Under the pieces are notes generated by a model, which was given only the letters and a program-made list of their open reading frames with translations, made no database searches and was not told where the DNA came from. 40,026 bases of DNA, taken from the IMG/VR virus record IMGVR_UViG_3300043331_001462, positions 1 to 40,026 of that record; one strand, written 5' to 3'. This DNA is from a virus. Both the position numbers and the translations under genes were made by a program. How positions within the stretch are numbered: the stretch's first letter is position 1; each line of letters begins with the position of its first letter. This document shows positions 26,495 through 32,938 of this stretch, piece after piece.

Positions 26495-26502
26495 GTCTCC
26501 CC

Positions 26503-26679
26503 TCAGGCCGGATCCTGCCGGCGCACCGCATCGAGCCAGCGGATCAGCACCTCGATGGTGTCGAGGTCGGTGAACCGGGCGAAGTGGCGCACGTACCGCT
26601 CGTCGCGCTCGTCGAGGTCCACGCCGCGCAGCGCCTCCCGCAGCTTCGCCTCCTTGGCGCGCTCACCCCGGCTGGCCAC
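26503..26679 (-). CDS. Hypothetical small helical protein (58 aa)
   Basis: GTG 26679 lies 4 nt after the upstream stop. It is the shortened form of ORF 26503..26751. Confidence 0.4.
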   Translation of the reverse strand: MASRGERAKEAKLREALRGVDLDERDERYVRHFARFTDLDTIEVLIRWLDAVRRQDPA

Positions 26680-26683
26680 CCCG

Positions 26684-26875
26684 TCAGCCCGCAAGAAACT
26701 GGATATCGAGGCGCTTCCACCATGGCAACGCGCGCTCGGCGCGGATGACACGGTCGTTGGCGTCGAGGTACGCGTCGGTCTCTTCCGTGCCGCCGGCGGT
26801 AGCCGCCAGGGCCTTGATGGCCTCGCGCAGCTCGGCGCGGGCGATGTGGTCTTGGTCGCTGAACAGCTTGAGCAT
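26684..26875 (-). CDS. Hypothetical small protein (63 aa)
   Basis: The ATG is preceded by GAAGGAGA. The protein begins MLKLFSDQDHIARAELREAIKAL. Confidence 0.6.
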   Translation of the reverse strand: MLKLFSDQDHIARAELREAIKALAATAGGTEETDAYLDANDRVIRAERALPWWKRLDIQFLAG

Positions 26876-26886
26876 TGTCGTCTCCT

Positions 26887-27063
26887 TCACCGGGCGCGTC
26901 GAAGGTGGAGGCCGGCGCCGACCAGGACGAGGCCAGCGACCAGGTTGCCTGCGCCGATGACCAGAACGCCGAGCGTGCCGCCGAGGGAGGCACCCAGCGC
27001 CGTGAAGCCGGTGGCGCAGGTGAGGGCGGAGGTTGCGAGGCGGATGATCTGCGTCGTGTTCAT
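26887..27063 (-). CDS. Small Gly/Ala-rich 2-TM membrane protein (58 aa), not in the ORF track
   Basis: The ATG lies 5 nt after GGGAGGA. Sequence is MNTTQIIRLATSALTCATGFTALGASLGGTLGVLVIGAGNLVAGLVLVGAGLHLRRAR. First gene downstream of the operator region. Confidence 0.6.
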   Translation of the reverse strand: MNTTQIIRLATSALTCATGFTALGASLGGTLGVLVIGAGNLVAGLVLVGAGLHLRRAR

Positions 27064-27104
27064 CGTCGTCCTCCCTGGAGCGGGGCTTCCTCTTTCGCTC
27101 CGAA

Positions 27105-27171
27105 CATTACCCTAGGGTGATAGATTCGTCAACACCCTAGGGTGTTCGGATTATGCCACCCTAGGGTAATG
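27105..27171. promoter_or_regulatory. Three palindromic operators ACCCTAGGGT in a divergent promoter region
   Basis: CATTACCCTAGGGTG (27105..27119), ACACCCTAGGGTGT (27132..27145) and CACCCTAGGGTAATG (27157..27171). The outer copies are mutual reverse complements. Centres are 25 and 24 bp apart. Each copy carries TAGGGT (TANNNT) on both strands. Confidence 0.75.
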
Positions 27172-27179
27172 TCTGGCTC

Positions 27180-27443
27180 ATGGATAAGAGTGCTGTGGAA
27201 CACCTCGCCAAGCAGATCGCTCGGCTGACCAAACTGGCCCCGATCGAGCGGGCCCGGCTGGCCCGCGACCTGGTCGACGTTGCGAAGACCACGCTGGCCG
27301 CGGCCGGCGACGCTGCCGTCGCCGAGGCGGTCGCTGGCAGCTCGTACGCCGAGGTCGCCGCGGCCTTGGGCGTGTCCACCTCGGCGGTCAACAAGGCGGT
27401 CAGCCGACACCGGGCTCGACCCGCCGTAGGCAGTGTGGACTAG
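27180..27443 (+). CDS. Small HTH regulator (87 aa), candidate operator-binding repressor
   Basis: C-terminal HTH is SYAEVAAALGVSTSAVNKAVSRH. The ATG lies only 12 nt downstream of a TAGGGT hexamer, so the mRNA would be near-leaderless. Confidence 0.7.
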   Translation: MDKSAVEHLAKQIARLTKLAPIERARLARDLVDVAKTTLAAAGDAAVAEAVAGSSYAEVAAALGVSTSAVNKAVSRHRARPAVGSVD

Positions 27444-27451
27444 CCACGCCC

Positions 27452-27736
27452 TCACTTCGACCGCGCATCCTCGTGCAGCACGTGCAGCTTGTTGAAGATC
27501 CACCGGCCGGTGCGCAGTCGGCGGCCGGTGCCCTTGCATCGCGGGCACCGGCGAAACGCCCGGCCGGTCGGCGAGCGCCGCTTGCCGCTGCCCGCGCACC
27601 GGCGGCAGTTCGCGTACGGCCAGAACCAGCAGGCGATCACGTAGCAGATCGCCCACGCCAGCCCGGCCACCGTCAGGTAGAAGGCGCCGCGGGTCGGGTC
27701 GCCCTGCTGTGTAGCGGTAGCGGCGCTCAACCACAC
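27452..27736 (-). CDS. Membrane protein with DnaJ-type CxxCxGxG zinc finger (94 aa)
   Basis: GTG lies 7 nt after AGGAGG. One TM helix is followed by CRRCAGSGKR...CPRCKGTGRR. Confidence 0.7.
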   Translation of the reverse strand: MWLSAATATQQGDPTRGAFYLTVAGLAWAICYVIACWFWPYANCRRCAGSGKRRSPTGRAFRRCPRCKGTGRRLRTGRWIFNKLHVLHEDARSK

Positions 27737-27881
27737 CGGATGTGCCTCCTGACGGGGGTAGCGGGCCTGCCTGCCGGCGTGCCGCTACGCGCTACACGGC
27801 CGCGTCGGCGCAGGTCAGCGTGCGCGCAGGCCGTAGCGGGGGCTGTAGCGCAGCCGCTACGCCTACCTCGGTGTCCGCTAC
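27711..27881. promoter_or_regulatory. Candidate clt-like locus: 9 copies of GTAGCG/CGCTAC
   Basis: GTAGCG at 27711, 27717, 27758, 27833 and 27844. CGCTAC at 27783, 27790, 27855 and 27876. Lies directly downstream of the translocase gene stop (27888). Confidence 0.55.
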
Positions 27882-27887
27882 ACCGAT

Positions 27888-30041
27888 TCATCGATCCTCC
27901 TCGCTGGTTCGACGCTCCAGTGCGCGGCGCAGCGCGGCCAGATGCACGCCCTTGAGGACCTTGTTGTCGATGCGGACGTTCTTGCTCTCGATGCCCAGGT
28001 TCAGCGAGCGCAGCGTGTTGGAGATCGCGTCCGGGGTGGCGTTGGCGTACCGCTCGGGCAGCTGGTCGGCCATGCGCTCGGCCAGCTGCTGCCACGACAG
28101 AGCGGTCTCGGACGGCAGGAACGCATCGAGAGCATCCGCGAGCGGATCGCGTGCCTGCGCGCCGACCGTCTCGCCGCCGGCCATGCCGTCGAGCAGGCCG
28201 GCCCGCTCGCGCATCCGGCGCGCGGCGTGCAGGATCTTCTCGGCGTCCTGCCCGTCGGCCAGGTAGGTGCGCACGGTGGCGTTGGGCACCGGGGCGTCGT
28301 AGAGGATGCCGACGCCGCGGTACTCGTCGCCGGAGGGCAGCGCGCTGGAGTCGTAGCCCTCGGAGTAGGCGCCGCCACCGAGCACCAGGTCAGAGACCTG
28401 CCAGGCGCCCGTCTTGAGCGCAAAGCGGGTCAGGTGGTTGTCGCGGAAGTCCGTGAACAGCTTGGCCACCTTGCCGGTGGAGCCGATCCCAGACGGACGC
28501 TGAGTGGAGTCCAGCAGGATGACGCCGACCGACGGCCCGACCTTGACCAGGAAGACCAGCAGCTCGGCGATCTCCCGGTCGGTCTCCTCGTCGCCGGTGT
28601 TCAGGTACTCCTGGAACTCATCCAGGACGATCACCCAGACGGGCATGCGGTAGCGCGGGTTGCGGGCGATGTCCCTGGTCAGCTTGCCTTCCGGGCACAC
28701 GTCGGTGGGCAGCTCGGACAGGCGGGCGTTGCGCTGCAGGACGTCGCGCTTGGCGGCGCGCAGGGTGGCGCGCAGGTTCTCGATCGGATCGCCCTGGATC
28801 CGGTCGGGCAACAGCCCGAAGCCGAAGGTGTAGGCGACCAGGGCGAACTTGCGCCAGTCCGGGGAGCCCTTGCCGTCGAACACGGACAGCCGCACGTACG
28901 GATCGAGGGCGGCGAAAAGCGCCAGCAGGCGGGCGGTGAACGTCTTGCCCTTGCGCGGCTGCGCGCCGACCAGCACAGAAGTGAAGATCAGCGGCAGCAT
29001 GACGCGGCGGCCGCGCTCGTCGACGCCCAGCGGCGCGGCCCGCCAGATGTCGCGCGGCTTGCAGTCCAGCAGCGGCGTACGGCCGGCCGGGATGGACAGC
29101 GGGTCGACGTCGGCGACCCACAGCAGGTGCCGGCGCTGGGAGGTCTTGTCCCTGGTCAGGTACACCTGGGACAGCGACACGTCCAGGCCGGAGGCCAGCT
29201 TCTCGCGGGCCTTCATCGCGTCGGAGAACGTCACCCCGTACGGCAGGTCGACCACCACCTGCGATCCTGCGTCGAGCCGGTCGCGGGACATCTTCGACCC
29301 GAACTTGACCTGCTGGCCGGGCTTGTCCGGGTGGCCCAGGCCGGCGGAGTAGTACGCGCGCAGCACCACGTCGGCGTTGAGCACCCGGTGCCGGTTGGTG
29401 ACCACCGCGGCGGACACGATCGGCCGGTCGGCCGGTCGGCCCAGGTGCGCCAGGATCGGCACCAGGACCACCAGGACGACCCACTTCACCCAGCCCGGCG
29501 CGCCCAGCAGCAGCCACGCCACCGCGCCGACCAGGACCAGGACCTCGAGCGCCAACCACACGCCGCGGGCGCCGCGCGCCCGGCGGGCCTCAGTGTGCAG
29601 CTTCACCCACGTCTCGGCGTCGTTCTTGGTCGCCGCGTGCTGGCGCAAGCTGTGCGACTCCATCACCCAGTACCAGGCCAGCTGCCGGCCGGCCAGGCGC
29701 AGCAGCCCGACCACCGCCCACCACGCGGCCAGCAGCAGGTACAGCGGCGAGCGCACGGCGTGGTAGCTGAACCGGTAGCCGGTCAGCTTGGCCGTACGTA
29801 CGCCCGCGCGGCGTACGCCCTGCACGGTGCGCAGGTGCTCCGGGATGACCGGCCGCCGGTCCTGGCGCACCTTGGCCACCGAGTCGACCAGCACCGGCGT
29901 GGCCGGGCCCGGATCGTCGTCCAGGGCGACCTCGAAGCTGGTGTCGTACTCCTCCGGCAACGCCTCCGGTCGCGGCGTCACCTCGCCTGTGTCGGCGGCC
30001 GGCACGGCCACCTCGCGGCCAGGCTCGATCGGCTCGGTCAT
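27888..30041 (-). CDS. FtsK/SpoIIIE-family DNA translocase, TraB-like (717 aa)
   Basis: N-terminal TM helices are present. Walker A is GAQPRKGKT and Walker B is VWVIVLDEFQ. The C-terminus is wHTH-like. ATG 30041 follows AGGGGGCGG, and the longer ORF runs to 30122. Confidence 0.9.
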   Translation of the reverse strand: MTEPIEPGREVAVPAADTGEVTPRPEALPEEYDTSFEVALDDDPGPATPVLVDSVAKVRQDRRPVIPEHLRTVQGVRRAGVRTAKLTGYRFSYHAVRSPLYLLLAAWWAVVGLLRLAGRQLAWYWVMESHSLRQHAATKNDAETWVKLHTEARRARGARGVWLALEVLVLVGAVAWLLLGAPGWVKWVVLVVLVPILAHLGRPADRPIVSAAVVTNRHRVLNADVVLRAYYSAGLGHPDKPGQQVKFGSKMSRDRLDAGSQVVVDLPYGVTFSDAMKAREKLASGLDVSLSQVYLTRDKTSQRRHLLWVADVDPLSIPAGRTPLLDCKPRDIWRAAPLGVDERGRRVMLPLIFTSVLVGAQPRKGKTFTARLLALFAALDPYVRLSVFDGKGSPDWRKFALVAYTFGFGLLPDRIQGDPIENLRATLRAAKRDVLQRNARLSELPTDVCPEGKLTRDIARNPRYRMPVWVIVLDEFQEYLNTGDEETDREIAELLVFLVKVGPSVGVILLDSTQRPSGIGSTGKVAKLFTDFRDNHLTRFALKTGAWQVSDLVLGGGAYSEGYDSSALPSGDEYRGVGILYDAPVPNATVRTYLADGQDAEKILHAARRMRERAGLLDGMAGGETVGAQARDPLADALDAFLPSETALSWQQLAERMADQLPERYANATPDAISNTLRSLNLGIESKNVRIDNKVLKGVHLAALRRALERRTSEEDR

Positions 30042-30217
30042 GACCGCCCCCTGGCCGCGCCCTTGACCGCAGCGAAGCCCAGGTGCACCTGAGCCGGCAG
30101 CAGCAGCAGATCGGGCCGCCACTGGCTACCGGCCTCGGCGTCGGCCAGCAGCTTTGCGGCCGTCTGGGTGTGCTCGTCGGCGGTCATCGCCAGGATCTGC
30201 TCAACGTGTTCGTTCAC
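30038..30217 (-). CDS. Hypothetical small protein (59 aa), not in the ORF track
   Basis: GTG lies 5 nt after GAGGTGA. It has 4-nt overlaps with both neighbouring genes (GTGA and ATGA). Confidence 0.5.
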   Translation of the reverse strand: MNEHVEQILAMTADEHTQTAAKLLADAEAGSQWRPDLLLLPAQVHLGFAAVKGAARGRS

Positions 30218-31020
30218 GGGGTCACCTCGGTCAGGTCCGGGACGTGGCCGTTGACCGGCGTGGCCGGCCGCGTCGCGGCCAGATGGCGGCGCGCGGTGCG
30301 CTCGGACACGGACAGCCGCTTGGCCACGGTGGCCGCGTCGATGGCCGGGTCCTTGGCCACCAACTTGGCCACCAACTTGGCCGTGTCCGTGGCCACCGGT
30401 GGCCGGACAGGTGGCCGCAGCTTGGCCGGCTCGATGGCCACGTGGCCATCCATGGCCACAGGCTCAGATGGCCGCTCGATGGCCACGTGGCCATCCATGG
30501 CCACAGGCTCAGATGGCCGCTCGATGGCCGCGGGCGTGGCCGCGGTGACCGCCGCAGGCGCGGTGTCCGTGGCCACATGGCCGGCCACCGGCTCGCGGTC
30601 CACTGGCCGCCGCCGGCGACTGGTGGCGATTAGCGCGCCCGTGGCCATCACCATCAGGCCGTCGACCGCGAGCGGGCCGATCAACACCGTCAGTCGGTCG
30701 TCGTTGTAGAAGGCCAGCAGCCCGGACAGATGCCGGTACGACACGACGGCGGCAACCCCGGCGACCGGCAGCAGCCCAGCGAAGCGCAGCAGAACCCAGC
30801 GCCTGCCAGCTGGCCATTCGGTCCGCGCAAAGATCTCCACCGCGACGAACAGGGCGAGGGGCCAGAACACGGCACCTACGACCGCGCCGGCCGGGGGCTG
30901 CCATCCGTCCGGCGCGTCATTCGGGGGGACGTACGAGTGGGCCACGTTGGCCGCGATCGACGCCGCGCCACCTAGGAGCGCTCCGAGGTACGCCCATCCT
31001 CGGCCGGTCACGCGGGTCAC
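30214..31020 (-). CDS. DUF2637-like membrane protein with repeat linker and C-terminal HTH
   Basis: VVSYRHLSGLLAFYNDDRLTVLIGPLAVDGLMVMA matches the remembered DUF2637 pattern. The C-terminal HTH is VAKRLSVSERTARRHL. Confidence 0.7.
   Translation of the reverse strand: MTRVTGRGWAYLGALLGGAASIAANVAHSYVPPNDAPDGWQPPAGAVVGAVFWPLALFVAVEIFARTEWPAGRRWVLLRFAGLLPVAGVAAVVSYRHLSGLLAFYNDDRLTVLIGPLAVDGLMVMATGALIATSRRRRPVDREPVAGHVATDTAPAAVTAATPAAIERPSEPVAMDGHVAIERPSEPVAMDGHVAIEPAKLRPPVRPPVATDTAKLVAKLVAKDPAIDAATVAKRLSVSERTARRHLAATRPATPVNGHVPDLTEVTP
30430..30530. repeat. 45-bp tandem repeat x2.2 inside the DUF2637-like gene
   Basis: CTCGATGGCCACGTGGCCATCCATGGCCACAGGCTCAGATGGCCG at 30430..30474 and 30475..30519, plus a partial copy. 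It encodes IERPSEPVAMDGHVA twice. Confidence 0.9.
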
Positions 31021-31292
31021 CGGTCACGCACCTCCTCGACGGGCCGGGTCAGCTGGCGCATGGACACGGCCACGATGATGCAGACCAGGCCGGTCCCGGC
31101 GGCCAGGCAGCCGATGGCCATGGCCAGATGGCCGAGCCCCGCGGCGCCGCCGGCGGACAGCCACGCGCTCGCGAACAACGCGGCCATGACGGCCATCACT
31201 GTGGCCACCGTGACCACGGGGCGGCGGACAGACACTGGCCGGCCGCCGGACAGCTGGCCGCGCTCGGCGGCCTTCACACGCACATCGGTCAT
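31017..31292 (-). CDS. Membrane protein (2 TM, 91 aa), first gene of the transfer operon
   Basis: ATG at 31292. GTGA overlap with the next gene. Confidence 0.6.
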   Translation of the reverse strand: MTDVRVKAAERGQLSGGRPVSVRRPVVTVATVMAVMAALFASAWLSAGGAAGLGHLAMAIGCLAAGTGLVCIIVAVSMRQLTRPVEEVRDR

Positions 31293-31377
31293 GGCCGCCA
31301 GTGTGACAGAGATTTCCTAGATTAACGAGACTCACAAGACTTCGTGACGTCGCGCTGGACTCGCTAGATCTGCGAGG
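31293..31377. promoter_or_regulatory. Divergent promoter region (lower GC, CTAGAT x2)
   Basis: An 85-bp gap between divergent genes. No confident hexamers assigned. Confidence 0.35.
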
Positions 31378-31626
31378 ATGAGCCAACTCGCGAGACTTGG
31401 GGGTCGATCGGTGCCGGACGACGAGGAGTGGATCCCGGTGGGGCAGGCAGCGCGCCGACTGGGCCTGCACCCAGACAAGGTGCGTGCCCTCGCCGACTCC
31501 GGTCAGATTCGCTCTTGGCGGCCGCCCACCACCGGCCCGGGCCATGCACACCGGCGAGTGAGCTCGGCCGACGTGGAGCGCATCCGCCGAGAGATGCTGG
31601 GTGACCAGGGTGGAAGCCCCACCTGA
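31378..31626 (+). CDS. Excisionase-family (MerR-like) HTH protein
   Basis: WIPVGQAARRLGLHPDKVRALADSGQIRSWR...HRRVSSADVERI. An alternative GTG start at 31411 follows GGGGG. Confidence 0.7.
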   Translation: MSQLARLGGRSVPDDEEWIPVGQAARRLGLHPDKVRALADSGQIRSWRPPTTGPGHAHRRVSSADVERIRREMLGDQGGSPT

Positions 31627-31639
31627 CCGATCGGCCATA

Positions 31640-32548
31640 TCAATCATCCCAAAGAGACGCACCCCGCGTCCGGCCATGGCCGGACGCGGGGGTGCATTCT
31701 GTGTGTGCGTGTGTCCTGCAGAGGGCTACGCGACGGCGGGGAGCGTGCGGACGGCTAGTCGACGCTCCTCGCTGCTCACCTGGGTGTACCGCTCCGTCGT
31801 GTGCGATCGACGCGTGACCGAGAATCTCCTGCGTCGCGCGCAGGTTGCGCGAGCGGCGGTACGTCTCGCTGCCGCACCAGTGCCGCAGCATGTGCATCGT
31901 CACGTCTCGGAAGCCGAGCCGGGTCAGCTGGCGGCTGCCGTACATCGACAGCTTGTGCGCAGCCACGTGCGGCTCGTACCCCGGCAGGTGGAAGATCCGA
32001 CCGAGCGGCAGCGGCTCGACGAGGTGCCAGACCACCGGGTGCGTAGGCACCTCGCGCACCTTGTCGCCCTTGCCGCGGATCCACATCGACTCTTCGGTGA
32101 CGTCCTCCCGATCTAGGGTGACGATCTCCAGGCAGCGCAGGCCGGCGTACGCCGCGAGCCCGAAGTACGTCCGGTAGGGCGCCACCGCACGCCGCATGAT
32201 CTGGCCCAAGGCGGCGGTCGTCACCGGCCGCGGCGGAGGCTTCGGCACCCGGATGCGCGGCAGGCCGACGGACGGGTCCTGGTCGACCAGGCCCATCGTG
32301 AACTTCCACCGGCACCAGGCCTGGATGTGGAACAGGTACACGGCCCTGGTCGCGCGAGACAGACCAGGACGGGCCAGCCAGCTGGCCAGCCGTTGTGTCG
32401 TGGTTGCAGCGGGGTCGGTCCCCAGATACGTCGAAATGGCCCGGACCACTCGGGTCCGCGCCTGGATCGTTCTGGGTGACTGCCCTGCCGCTCGGAGGTG
32501 CTCTACGTGCACAGTCAGGTGCTCGGGAGCACAGCGAAGGGCTTCCAT
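31640..32548 (-). CDS. int: Tyrosine recombinase / integrase, apparently frameshifted before the catalytic Tyr
   Basis: RGKGDKVREVP, HMLRHW and LGHASIA lie in the main frame. The canonical continuation TTERYTQVSSEERRLAVRTLPAVA* lies in another frame (stop 31726..31728) after one extra nt near 31799..31804. Confidence 0.8.
   Translation of the reverse strand: MEALRCAPEHLTVHVEHLRAAGQSPRTIQARTRVVRAISTYLGTDPAATTTQRLASWLARPGLSRATRAVYLFHIQAWCRWKFTMGLVDQDPSVGLPRIRVPKPPPRPVTTAALGQIMRRAVAPYRTYFGLAAYAGLRCLEIVTLDREDVTEESMWIRGKGDKVREVPTHPVVWHLVEPLPLGRIFHLPGYEPHVAAHKLSMYGSRQLTRLGFRDVTMHMLRHWCGSETYRRSRNLRATQEILGHASIAHDGAVHPGEQRGASTSRPHAPRRRVALCRTHAHTECTPASGHGRTRGASLWDD
31660..31694. terminator. Bidirectional hairpin between convergent genes
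   Basis: CACCCCGCGTCCGGCC at GGCCGGACGCGGGG(G)TG, about 16-bp stem. Followed by a TG-rich tract at 31699..31714. Confidence 0.65.
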
Positions 32549-32578
32549 ATCGGAGCAACGCTCGGATTCACGCGGCGG

Positions 32579-32938
32579 TTATGCCGCGTTTGGCCAGGCG
32601 TCGCCACCCGGTCGTACCAGGTCGGATCGCCTAGGTGGCCTAGTTGCGCTACGTGCGCCAATCGCAGCGGAGCGTAGCCAAGAACTAGTACGTACGCCTC
32701 GGTACGCAGTCCGTCTGTCTGTGAGTTCGTCCCGCGTGGGCAAGAGGTCTTGGACCTCAACTCCCAGCTCGCTGGCGATGCGCTCCAGGTCGTTGAGGTC
32801 GATCGCCTGCCGGCCGTTGAGGCGATAGGACACCCACGCGTTGGAGACGTTTAGGCGCCGAGCGAGCTGCTGCCCTGTGATCCGGCGCCGGGCCATCATG
32901 GCCCGGATTTCTTCCGCCACTAGATCCGTAAGAGCCAT
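32579..32938 (-). CDS. XRE-family HTH repressor (CI-like position)
   Basis: The start was chosen by alignment to the divergent paralog (MALTDLVAEEIRAMMARRRITGQQLARRL...). The ORF is open up to 33010. The last ~50 codons have poor GC3. Confidence 0.7.
   Translation of the reverse strand: MALTDLVAEEIRAMMARRRITGQQLARRLNVSNAWVSYRLNGRQAIDLNDLERIASELGVEVQDLLPTRDELTDRRTAYRGVRTSSWLRSAAIGARSATRPPRRSDLVRPGGDAWPNAA
32774..32806. repeat. 33-bp inverted repeat, arm 1 (partner 33204..33236)
   Basis: GGCGATGCGCTCCAGGTCGTTGAGGTCGATCGC is the exact reverse complement of 33204..33236. Confidence 0.9.

Noticed and set aside
31640-31725. C-terminal 29 codons of the integrase ORF as annotated by the ORF track
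   Set aside because: This tail reads through the terminator hairpin and lacks the catalytic Tyr, while the canonical C-terminus lies in another frame ending at 31726. It is probably a frameshift artefact or pseudogene tail, not real protein.
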